A stretch of DNA of 64,000 bases. Origin: Raillietiella orientalis (Eukaryota). Position numbers and translations under genes: made by a program. Of the stretch, positions 1 through 11,400 are shown one piece after another (the stretch's first letter is position 1; every line of letters starts with the position of its first letter). The notes below the pieces were generated by a model. That model was not told the origin of the DNA and searched no databases. It saw only the letters and a program-made list of their open reading frames with translations. The DNA lies in NCBI GenBank assembly GCA_036172245.1, contig JAYWIR010000022.1, positions 1,674,001 through 1,738,000 of the forward strand, given 5' to 3'.

Positions 1-699
1 AGAGTGGAGTTCACGACACATCAACCACCGTCTGCCGCTATTATCTGATGTCCAGCAGCCATTACCTCCCCACTTTGCTGACGGAACGAAATGTTCCTCA
101 TGGCAGCGAGACGCGCCAACAGTGCCTCCCGAATTCGTAGTCCAACGCCAGGAAAATGCTTCTTACTTCATGCGGATCTTCGGGTCGGACTAGAGACCCT
201 TGCGATGCAACGATTTCTCCATAGCCACCCATCTGAGATTGACATTGCATGCTGTCCCACATGCGTGGCACGAGAGGAACGCAGTGCTGAGGAGCCAGTT
301 CGAACTGCATCGTGGCTCTACTGGACGTCACCCGTCTAGTAAGGGGTGGCAACCCTGATTGAACAGACAAGCAGCTTCTGTCGAAGGACAAAGAGCGGAG
401 GAAAATTGGTACTTCTTTCTCTGGCTGCGATAGGGACCAAGGAACGCAAAGAGGCCACTCATCTGCCAGTATATCCCGCTGTGCTCCACCGTTTCAAGTG
501 TTGGCTTAGCAAGCAAATGATGCTGCTCTCCAACAGTCACAAAAAGAGAGGAATTTCTTGGCGGTCACGTCGATTCTTGAGCAAAACTAAGCTGCGAAGA
601 AGCGAGGAGTGCCATCTTGCTCGGACCAACGCAGCCAATGCTCATTTCGCATCTTTCCACTTCTTTCCAGTTCCTCGATTCGTTGCATGTGACTGCGAA

Positions 700-2250
700 C
701 GCTGGAGGAAGCTGTGGCTTTCAAAGAAAGGTACCTCGTCCTCGGGGACCCTGATACGGAAGCCTCATGTGCGACTTGCGGGAACAAAGGTGAGCTCACA
801 AGATTCAGGTCGCCACGACGAGCGGACCTGAAACTTGTTCTGAGAAGTGAAGAGAGGCTGCAAACCCCAAGGGTAGGCTTGCCCATCTCTCAGATGAGCA
901 GATTCATGCATTCGGGCTGTCCTATGACAGGAAGAAGTGAGTGTTGAGGATAATCGAGTGCAGCGTGAAGCAAAATGGGAACGACGGGCATCTCACATTT
1001 TCTGGAGCATGGAAGGCCTCGTTAATACCAATGCATTCATTTCACCAGCAGCTGAAGCGAATGCGATTGCTGGCTATTCGAATGTGAACTCATTTCCCTG
1101 GCGGCAAGAGTGCACGGTATAAGAGATGAGATACAGTACGTGTCTTCTTGGGGAATCGATTCAGAAAACTCTCCGACTTTGATCTTTCCGCTCCTGTCTA
1201 TTCTTTCTCGAGAACATGGTCTCAACGTTCTTAGTGACTGTGGAGGTTTTCTCTTGCAAAGGCTGCAAGGGCCTTCCAGAGCGAAAGAAGTGCACCAAAG
1301 CATGCGGACGAGAGCATGGCGCGCATCTCCTATGCACTTCCGGAAGATTTCCTCACTGCTGTAAACGCATCTCCTATGCATTCTTGGTTGGCCCACTGTG
1401 GATGACATGCATCCGGAAAGCGGGAAGCCGCGTGATGACGTGGACTTGGTTGCCATGCGCGCGCATCTGCCTTGCTTATTCAGAACCATCGCTCTTCGAC
1501 TTGCGAGCGGTTAAGGAGTCGTGGAGAAATGGAAATCTTCCGAACGTCCGCTTTCTGGGCAGCAGTGCAGTCTTCAGTCTTTGCTTTTGGCGGTAGCGAA
1601 GCACGTGCTTGGTGCCGAGAACGGAAAACAACGGAGGAGATAGTCCATAACGTTGCTCGCTAGTACCTTTGTGTCTTTCCTTGTTTTCCCTGAACTTGCA
1701 TCATCCCTGATCATCGTTGGTTCTTTTCTCGAGAGATACTCAGAGAGAAGCTGCAAGATTTCAATCGAAGGAGTTGCCGCAAAGTCTGCGTGGCGCGGCG
1801 GTTCTTCCGCACACGACATCTATCCGGCCACTGAAAGATTTGGAAACGGTGTCGAGAACTGTCTGTCCACCGCATCGCTGTCCTCACAGCGGAAGAACAG
1901 AAGAACAACGAGCTCTCCATTTCTTCTCTTACGTACAGCTGAATGAGTCGACAGATGGAATCACGGGCAATGGATTGGTTTCGGGAAGCTGCGTCAGGAT
2001 GCGACAGTCGGCAGGTTCTTCCACGAACTTTTGCATACCCAGGTTGTTGGGATTCGTTTTGGAAGGGTATTCGGCCACTCAGCACTAGTCTTCTCGAGAG
2101 ACGGAAGCAGTCGATCGATGATGTCCAAACCTTCTCACCTACCAAGAGTATTTCCCATGCTCTGCGCCTTGACTCCGCACAGGTGTGTAAAAATGTGATC
2201 GAGATCAGTCTTTCAGATTGAAACGAGGAACAATCCCTGCTTTCTCTGCA
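700..2250 (+). mobile_element. Heavily decayed L1/Tx1-like remnant (ORF1 zinc knuckle, EN, ORF2 linker)
   Basis: SCATCGNKGE (~765-795) resembles the ORF1 knuckle CFSCGEKGH. YVQLNEST (~1930) resembles the post-EN YWKLN motif. WDSFWKGIR (~2048) resembles the ORF2 linker. 1980-2170 is clearly homologous to 40100-40290. Confidence 0.4.
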
Positions 2251-4701
2251 AGCTTAGATCATCAAAAGTAGCACGGATCACGTCTCGTTACCAGAACATT
2301 CTCTGAGATACGGTGTAGCATCACATTGATAACCCTTCGTGTCATACGTCCTTATTGCCTTGTGGGCAACAGCAACGAACTTGGAAACATATCATCAGTA
2401 TGAGCAACCAAAACTCTTTCGGTGTGAATCCGATGTGTGACTATGAAAACCCGGCTTCGAAAGACACGGTGCATGCGCACTCAGGCTACTATCTCCGCAA
2501 ATTGTCTGATCCCTTCACACTGAATGGAATCAGTGGATGGAATCGTTTCCCACTTACTTTCTGTTTCCGACACAACATCGGTTTTGTTTTGCAGACATAC
2601 CCATCTTCCGCCTCTTTTCATTCAATCCTCGGAAACTTCCCACCTCTCCAGCACAAGTGCGATCTTCAGTGTTTATCTTTTATCCTTTTGGTGTTGGTTT
2701 CAGATCAAAACGCAAAAGGTGAGGATCGTCTTATTGGTGCAGCATTCCTTTCAACTCGTCTTTCTCTCTTCTGCGTTGAGAAAGAATGCCAGAAATCATC
2801 GCATGATTTCCAGATGAGCTTTGAACCTTGCTCTCCCCTCCTGCTGGTACGAGAACGCATCTTTGCGAAGCTTTGGATTGAGACCACTTAAGCACAATCG
2901 TCGACTAGGAGCCGCTCCTTCATAGGGAGGTCCATTTGCATGTCAGTGTTTCTACAGATGGGCAGCATACGAGGCAGGGATTCGGAGCAATGTTCCTATT
3001 CGTAAAATACGTGCGTGTACTATGCACATGCTGCGTTGTATTCAGGTATTCATTATAGCATGGAAAGGGCATGTTGTATGCATTTACTATACATTGAGTT
3101 TTGTATAAATGGAATGTGTGTGCATTGCAACATCATTCAGAGGAAAGCCACTCTTGTTGCAGCACACGGATGATCTACATGCGCCTCCGAATTCCCATAA
3201 AGAAGAAAGAATCTATCCCAATTACGCTGCTACTGCAGTCATAAATACAGTGCGGGAGAAGAAGGTGCCCTATGCTAACGCTCTTCCCAAGATGTAAGGC
3301 AACTTTCATGTTGTAATCAGTTTCGGAACGATCCAAATAAAGCTACAAACACAGGAACCGCGGTTGCCATGCAAATGGAATCACAAAAATAAACTCTTCG
3401 AGTGAGTCGGTGGATGAGGGGCAGCCACCGACCGTCCCATAGCGAGGATGCGATGTCTTCAAAGTCACGAGGATCCAGTCGCTTACCTCTGGAATGGGAA
3501 TGTTTGGAGGTTTTGGAACTGGCGAAGGATGCAGACGAAAGGGACGCTCGTGGATGACGTGAACTGAGTGCCGATACGCGATTGCACGCACGCATTCGCT
3601 GGAGGGATGGCGATCAAGGGGAAGCAGTCGCATTCCCCTAGCCTTTCCCTTATTCGAGCAACGAGAAAATTGACGCCGAGAGGGCACACAAACCCAAAGA
3701 AGTATCTCTTGGGAGAACTCATGACAGATCCGAGTAATACATCTCGTCGTTTGCATCTCCATCATTTGTGAAGAACCCACCGACACCATCGGAAAGAAAT
3801 TCTTCGAGAATGCCATTCCGAAGGAGAACACGACAGCTGGATGGACAGTGGCTACCACGAAAACTGTGAACAGTGCTAGAGAAAAACGGATGTAGGGACA
3901 GCAGGCGATTGCAAGTCTCTTGCCCGTATCAGCACCGAGTGCAAGTCCAGCTGCTACTTCCGCTGTTTCTGAAGAAAGATCGACGTGGGCAAGCACCGAG
4001 ATGAAATTGGGTGCTGGTCAACCATTAAAGACGCCTACGGCAATCTGTTCAGGGAGCAGAAAAAAACAAACACGAGATTCCCAAGCTCTTCCTTCAAAAT
4101 AGCTGCGCCTTCTGTCTGTCGAAGGAGCAGATGCTTCTGGTGCTTTCAGGTGGATTCAGCATCAGAGACAGCCTCAAATGGACTTAGCAAGAAAGAATCA
4201 GTGGACCACCTGCATCCGCATTTCTGGGAATCCGGACTCCCTTCGACATGCCTCCGTTCTGGAAGCATATTCTCCCCCAAAATCCTGACAGGGATCGGGA
4301 TGAGCAGCTCTTGACAGGAAAGGTTCGGAGGACGTCGTCACGGATAGTCTTGCCATGTTCCTGTGCCTGAAGCGTACTGCGGTCGCATCGTAGAAAACTG
4401 CAGCATCATCAAGCGAAGGGAATGGCAAGTGTATGCTTTCGTTACGAAGGAGATAAAATTCAAGGTGAGGCTGCTGGCTCTTCGATAATTCTGGATACAA
4501 GGAAGGGACGCGATCGGAAACCTGCTAAATTTTCCCCTCATCATTAGAAATGACTCGAAGAGAAGCGTTTCTCCCACGGCCTTGAGGGAATCTTGCCTAA
4601 AATATTCAGAATTTGAGTGTGAGGTTGCAGTGAATGTGGAACGGGATGAAATATTGCCGTCGGATGCAGGACAAGAGCGGAATAGACAGAATAGAAAAGC
4701 T

Positions 4702-5398
4702 TGACCGCGTCGGAGGCTTTGTGGTTAAGGCTTCCGCGCGTGGCACCACGCGTCGCGGGTTCGAATACTTCGGCAGATAAATTGACGCCAGTGCGCCGTT
4801 GGGTTCCGAGTTTCTCCTGCAAGATGGCGCTGGTGGGCCGAGACATTCGGGCGTGGCACCGGCGGTGGAAAAAGCCGGCGGCCTCCCGGTGAAGGCCGGA
4901 ACAATGGCAGTCGACCTTCAGGTCCTCCCAGGAATAAAGGAGTGGGGAGTTCCATCTCCGGTGTGCAACGGAGAGTGGACCCCCGTCACCGGGGGACCGC
5001 CTCCGGTTTCAAGATGGAGCAGGAGCCCTCAAGGGCACCTCTCCAGTTGTTCAAAGCAGACCCCCCCTTGTTGGGGGGTCCCTCCGAGTCGTCGCCTCTT
5101 CACAGAGTGTGCACGAGGAAGCAAGCGAGAGCGATTCCCTGCGGGAAGCTGCAGTGCCCCTTCTGAGTTTCGGAAGCGCCCTTTCGGGGTTCTTTTCAGA
5201 GGTGTGAACAGGAGCGGTTCCCTTGCGGGTTCCCTCCGGAGAAGAAATTCCTAGAAGCGAATCCTGTCCGGGTTCCCTTCGGAGAAGTTGAAATGGAGAG
5301 AACCACCCCTCATTACGGGGGGTGTCCTTCCGGAGAGAATGAGAAAGGAGATTCCCTTCGGGGTTGCCCTTCGGAGACAACAAAAAAAAAAAAAGAAA
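4702..5398 (+). mobile_element. tRNA-derived SINE with A-rich tail and 9-bp target-site duplication
   Basis: A-box-like AGGCTTTGTGG (4714-4724), B-box GGTTCGAATAC (4758-4768) and an A-rich tail from 5382. AGAAAAGCT is repeated at 4693-4701 and 5399-5407. A second diverged copy lies at 44845-45410 (minus). Confidence 0.8.
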
Positions 5399-6649
5399 AG
5401 AAAAGCTGGTGAGATGGCATTGAGATGGCACATCTCTGCTGACGGAGTGTAATATGCAGAGCTCGTGAAAGTACGACCTTGTTAAGAAAATGGTTTTCGC
5501 CGCCGTTTACCAAAGGGAAGCACAAGTAATTGGCACGAAGACCACGAAGGATCAAAAACTCGGATTGTGTGCGAGGACTGTTACCGGTCATCCGCACCAT
5601 CTGAAGAGAATCCGGCCTCGAAGAAACGGAATCTTCCCACAAGTCTTTCTGTAGGCACGGGGAAACGAAGTGCATGCCACCACACCCAAGTGTGCATCTG
5701 TGGGGAAGAAAAAAGAGGAAAAGAAAATAATTTCATTCTAGCAAAGGTCAGGAAAAGATTTCCGTCTCCGTCGCCGGGCTACGAAGTCGCTGAAAGCAGC
5801 ACGGGAACTTCACCTTACGCAGAGGAAACGCCGAACGGAGAAAATCCCTGCCCAACTTTCGTAGTTTCGTAGTTGTTTGCACCGGAGGCCAAGGAAACTC
5901 TCAACCGTAAACATCACATCAGTCGTGCAGCTCTTCTCTCTACGTGAGCTACGAATCAGCGGCTTCCTCGTGGGTCTCACTTTGTTATCCGCACCTGCGA
6001 TGCTTGGCAAGACGCAGGGACGCCGAAAGAGACGGAACAGCTCCACAACAACCTGCATGCGATGCTCATATTTGGGGACTCGCGCGTGCGAAGCCAGGAA
6101 TGTCTTGGACTGGGTGGTGGAGAGACGATTCCCTCCTTCCCCTGCTGCGAGCTTCGAGCACGACTGATGCACACACACGCGGTGCACCAAAACCGACTTT
6201 GGAAATGCAGACGCCAAATGGATGGTTCCCGAAGGATAATTTTCTCACATCGCATCCGCATCTTTGGAGACGTCAAGATATGAAATTCGGTGGTAGCGGC
6301 GGGTGCTGCAGCAGCAAAGGACTTTTTCAGAATGAGGGTTCTTCATCCTGTAAACTCATCTTGGAATTCTTCGGAGATTTACACGCACCGAGAATGGAAC
6401 ACAATTTGTTGCCCAGCAAGAGTGTTCCGTACAGCCTCCACTTGGAAAGTGAAAAATACTGAGACTTTAACAGCGGAGAGTCCAGACAGGGAGAGTAAAA
6501 AGAATGTATCCCTGTTGCCGAGGAAGACTTGTGTACCCACATCAAAGATGGATGGTAATCCGCTTGTCCACACTTTGTTCCGTCGGCAAGATTGACTTCT
6601 TCGAGTTAGTTGGCCACTCTCATTTCGCCTCAATCCTACCACGTCGAGA

Positions 6650-7460
6650 CGCGCTCCGCGTCGGGACGGCGGTCCTGGTCTCCTGACGCTGGAGCGCTTG
6701 GAAATTCAGCTACGATGGCGCACCATGGCCATCTCAGCGAACATGTGGAGCACCCCTTGGTGCGTTCCAGCCCACCTTCTTGACAGCCGTGTCTCCAGGA
6801 CGCAAGGACTAGCGTCTTATCCTCTGTGCTCCGGCCGGAAGATACGAAGATGCGGCCTGCTCCTTGGACGCATGTCCACCTTGGGAAAGGAAAACGGCTG
6901 GATGGTCTGCAGCCCCGCCAACTCCTCCGCATGGCTGGAAGAAACAGTTGGAACGTGGGCAAAGTTGAAAGACATCAGTGGAGAATCCTGCAACCGCCTG
7001 CGCACCGGCATCTACACCCGCTGCACGCTGCGGAACATGATCGTGTGTCCCGCCAGAAGCACTTGGGCGGAGACGAACCCACTGGCCACGGCGCTGCCCT
7101 TCCTACGAAGGGCGCTTCAAAACAGCCGGAAGCCGAGATGGCAAGTCTCCTGCAGGATAGCGGGCAAGGAGAAGGATCTAAGCGGGTGGACCATGAGGGA
7201 ACTGGCAGACGCCGCAACCCCAAGCGTTCACCCGCATGGAATACGGAGATGGGGCGAGCTGCTTGGCATCCCGGCGGATGACCTAGAGTGGCCCCCGTTG
7301 TTCATAGACTCATCCACCCTCCCCCTCAAGTGGCAGGAAACGGCGCTGCTGCTGTTGCACTGGGGTCTTCCCTGCAACGCGCGCCGCCACCACTGGACGT
7401 TGAGGAACGTGGGACAGAACTGTGCAGTGTGCGGGGAGAAGGAATCCCTCCCCCATCTGT
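6650..7460 (+). mobile_element. L1/Tx1-like ORF2 C-terminal fragment (post-RT to zinc finger)
   Basis: ORF 6698-7618 aligns residue by residue with the C-terminal half of ORF 57297-59435 (EIQLRW...WGELLGI...LLHWGLPCNARRHHW...CAVCGEKESLPHL), then breaks off at ~7460. Confidence 0.92.
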
Positions 7461-9333
7461 GTCCCAGGGTGTCGGCCGTATCCCGCCTGTTGCCGTCGTC
7501 GCGCAGCCCGTTGACGTTCCAGCAGGCTACGCGGATCCTACGGCGACAGGCGAGCCCAGGTGCTAATCCTGGGAAAGTGGCAATGGGGCTCCCGCCACCT
7601 GGTCGGGCGGGACGCTAGGAGGAGGGGGTGCGTCGCGCACCACTTCTCCCTCCTCCATGAGGGCCGAGTCTTCGTCAGGGCCGTGCAGAGGAAGGGGGAT
7701 TTCACCCACCTACACTTCCTCCTCCATGGGGGTCGCCAGCTGCACGGTGTCGGGGAATGAGAGATTCCCATCCTCGCCTCCCACGCTGCCGGCTTCCCCC
7801 TCGGGTGCCAGTTCATCCACCTCCTTCTTGATCCGTATGCGCCTCCTGGGATTCTGGGACTTGCGTCCCGTCTTCTTTGGTGGCGCTTCCGTTGAGGAGG
7901 ACGCACTTCCGGCATCCGGTTCGGCCTCACCTGCATCCGGAGCCTTCCTCGCGGCCGGCCTTCGTAAGCCTCTCCGGGAGTTCTTCCACCGCCTGCTGGA
8001 AGGCGGCCTCCTCGATCGCGTCGAGCGCGGCGCGCGGTTCCCCCTCGGTTTCCCCAGAGGGTTCGCCATCGACCGTCGCGGCTTCGGCGGACGCGAGGGG
8101 GGGGATTGCTCCCCCGGTGGCGGCATCGAGTGCCTCCACACGCTCTAATTCTACCGAATAAGCGCGAGTTTTTCGCGGCACGGTTTTTCGCGCTGCGTTT
8201 TTGTTTTCCCCGCGCTTCGTTCGGGACTCCCGGGCTTTCTTCTGGGCTGTAGCGAGCCTTCGCCGTCGCCAGCGTCGTCGGGAGTGCTCTCAACCGACGT
8301 TTGCTGGGATGGCTTAGGGACTGGCATCTGGCTCCTTACAGCCTGCTTCATGGTATTCGTCTCTCCCGCCGTTTCCCCTTTGCCTTTTTGGCAGCGGGAG
8401 GGACCGGGATTTCTCGTCTTGGGCACAGCTTGCGGATGTGGCCCTTGTTTCCACATAAGTGGCGTTGGATGTTAGGGCACCGTTTTTTTAAGTGCCTGTA
8501 GCATCGCAATGGCCACAATACTTGGGCTTTCCCACGTACCAAACATCGACTTTTTCTTCGCCGATATTTAGTTTGTGGGGAAACCCACCATTCTCCGGTA
8601 GTGTGACGCAGGCAGCGGCCATTCCACTAAATAGCCTTCCGTACGTTCGGAAGACATTGGGTTTGGCCGAATACGCGTGCACACTACTGTGTTTTGACAA
8701 CTCCTCATGGACGCTGGTTTTGTCCATTCGGAGTGATACGCCCGTGAGGTGGACCACGACGGAGCGGTCCTCCGTCACAGGGAAGATCCTGCGGCCGTCC
8801 ACCGTAATCGGGGTGTTTAGCAGGCGCTGCGCCAGACTTGCCTCTCTGCAAGTCAGCTCAACTCGCTGCCCCCCACTAAGGACGGAGAGGCCCTCGAGGT
8901 CTTCCTCCCTAACATTCAGTCTTTGCAGCTCCATTTCAAAGGAGCGTGCAATTTTCTCATCGAACACACTGCCTACCTTGTAGATCAGCGACGGTTTGTA
9001 GCCGCTGTCCTTGTAGGCAGTCTGCTCCGCTACTGCAGCCGGGGATGGTGCAGCAACGATGGCACTCCAACTCCTCGCCGCTGGCCAAGGGGGTCGCGTA
9101 GGGGCGGTTGCCCCCGATTCCGATGGGGCAAGTGCCCCGAGTTCCGTGGGGGCGGAAGCCCCCACTTTCATGGGTGGTGGAGAGCAAGTCGCCTCTCCTC
9201 CCATAATTTCCATCGCGGTGTCCTCAGGCATTTCTGCCATGGGACACCGGCGCTCCTACACAACAGACAAAACCACCGAAAACCTTCGCACTAACTAGAC
9301 CGCTGAACAATGCCAAACCACCTCCGCTCCCTA
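7461..9333 (-). mobile_element. Inverted 5' part of an L1/Tx1-like element: 5'UTR, frameshifted ORF1 (ATG 9240, stop 7563) and first ~25 codons of the AP endonuclease
   Basis: MAEMPEDTAMEI...WYVGKPKYCGHCDATG is closely similar to ORF1 at 60036-61837. IRVACWNVNGLRDD is read at ~7495-7536 on the minus strand. Confidence 0.92.
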
Positions 9334-9965
9334 GAAGGACACGGGGAAGTGTGAATCCTGAATGTGCCAGGTGTGAGAAGCGGGAATGCCTCCCCCACCT
9401 TATAGTCGACTGCCCTGCCCTCCGGATCCTGTAAGAGCGTCTCGGAACAAACCTCGAGATACCGGTTGGCGGCAACCCCAGAGACCTTTACAATCTTCTC
9501 TTCGTGCGGGACGCCCTGAGACCAGCCGCAGCCCTGGTAGCCCCCTTTGCTGCGTCCGAGGTATTGTGGCGGCCTGGAGTGAAGCCGAAGATGGAGATTC
9601 CATCGTGACGAACGTCATCCCGTATGCTGCTCGCTTCCTGCAGAGAGCTCCCGGATGGCCCCTGTTGGGTGGATTGAAGGAGGACCTTGAGGGCATCCTG
9701 CAGAGGATGGGCCCTCTACGTAGTGGAATGTGATCCCTTCCCGTCCCTTTAAACTCTTTTTGTTTTTGTTTCTTACTTTATTTTTTATTTTTGTTTTCAC
9801 CCCCATCCCCCTCCACTGCCGAGGAGAGTCACACCGGGCTGCGTCCCGGCGTCCCGACAGATCCGTTGTTGCATGGCCGTTAGTGGGGCCTGATACCACG
9901 TATGTTGTTGACCATACGAAAGTTTTGATAAACGTCCCGGCGTATCCGGGTGGCATCGTCGAGAC
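9334..9965 (+). mobile_element. 3' end of an L1/Tx1-like element (zinc finger, ORF2 stop 9733, T-rich 3'UTR, terminal hairpin)
   Basis: TRGSVNPECARCEKRECLPHLIVDC...CCVRGIVAAWS...GILQRM matches the ORF2 C-terminus of the 57 kb copy. The 3'UTR starts TGATCCCTTCCCG as in that copy and ends GATAAACGTCCCGGCGTATCCGGG. Confidence 0.9.
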
Positions 9966-9989
9966 GCGCACATCGAAAGAAGACAAATA

Positions 9990-11400
9990 AATTTCCACGC
10001 CCTTCATCAGATGTTTTGACGAGATGGCATCGAAGAAGTAGGAAAAAACTCGAGAGTACTCGACCCGACGCTCAAATCGACCGCAGCTCACGAGGATCGC
10101 TGAAACTGACTTTGCGCTTTGATCCTCATCGTGGATGATGATTCCACCGGTGGTCTTTTCATTTTCAGAGTGGACACTGGCCTCTAGCCAGTTACCGTAC
10201 CATTCTAAAGGCAGATCGTGCGATAACGTGCATCTTATATACACGAACCTTGAAAAAGCTGCAGGAAAAACTCACCGCCGTCTTATGTGATGTGATGAAT
10301 CAAAACAAAGCCTCTGCCTTGAAATCTCGAACGAGCTTCAGATCTCGTAGCAATAGAGATTGGCGCCCAACAACGGCAGAGCGCTTAAGCGGAAGGCACG
10401 AACTGAAGCATCGCGCGTGGATGAAACCCCGAGGGATTGTTCTGTCCTCCGTTTTCTTCCTTAGCTTCCTGAGAATTACCGACATTCCCTTGCAAGATGG
10501 GCTCCCTGAGAAGCTGTCGAGCGTTCAATTGGAGGATTTCCGTGAGAATCGTTCCCCATCCAACAGGCTGGTGAGGCTCTATGGAAACAAAGCTATTTTG
10601 TGGAATTTGCTTCGCGTTGCGATAGTCCTCAAAAGAAATGAGATCTTTGCTTTTTCATCAGCTCTGCAAGGAAGTCGCAAAAACGCCACGCACTCACTTG
10701 GAAATGGCTTTCGGAAGATGCCGAAGCTGGAAATCAGCTTCCGCTGCATCAACTCTTGAAAACTTTGCTATTTGCACACGACGTTTAGGCGAGTGAAGGC
10801 AACGGATAAAGAACGCGCGTGTTTACGTCCGGTAAACACGAAACCCTCCGAAATGAAAACAGTCTTTCTACGAAACACATCAATAAAAGGAGATGTATTG
10901 GCATAACACGCATGACGGATTGCTTGTCGCTGCATCCTCATACAGATCATTGAATTTTCGCACTTTCCGATAAGTGCTTTGACGTAATACCTCAAGAAAT
11001 GATCTTTGCTCCAGTACTGCAGCACCGCCCTCGTACTCGAGTGAAAGAGGGAGCAACAGTTTTCCACACTGACAGAACTCTGCACTTACAGCGCGTTGAG
11101 GGCACTTAGCGCAGCTGAGGAGGAGCGAATGGGCCCTGTCATCTGCCAGAACGTCAGAGCGAACGTAAACCGTCGTCTCTCCTTGCAGCTGACCGAACGC
11201 AAAGACATCCGTGGAAGGAAGACGTTGTGAGGAGCAGGCCAAGAAAGGGTGATTCTTCCCGTTTCCTCAAACTAGGAGAGCTCAAACAATCACATCCACC
11301 GAAATGCAGGGCGAAGAAAAGTTGGATGCATGCAATTCAACCTGTTTCTGGGGAACAGCTGCTGACTCCATGTCTAGCAGCGAGCAGAGTCGAAAGGTGC
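9990..11400 (-). pseudogene. Probable decayed BTB-BACK(-PHR) domain gene (BTBD3/6-like architecture)
   Basis: Fragments appear in the expected order across frames: FFALHFGG, YVRSDVLADDRAHSLLLSCAK, SVSVENCCSLF, FIDVF...FISEGF, KIALFP*SL. Multiple stops and frameshifts. Confidence 0.42.

Noticed and set aside
1322..1380. 15-bp direct repeat CGCATCTCCTATGCA separated by 29 nt, superficially CRISPR-like
   Set aside because: Only two short units, no cas genes and a eukaryotic context. Likely a local duplication.
2000..2130. Fatty acyl-CoA reductase-like WPNT..NLP motif on the minus strand
   Set aside because: Not conserved in the homologous copy at 40.1 kb, where the plus-strand LINE-linker frame is the conserved one.
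3350..4250. Possible RT remnant on the plus strand (TLVDDV, KKYLLG, ESVDHL)
   Set aside because: Too degenerate to call without a search.
4704..4775. Possible tRNA gene
   Set aside because: It has A/B boxes but no proper cloverleaf or acceptor stem, and continues into a repeated body with tail and TSD. It is a SINE head.
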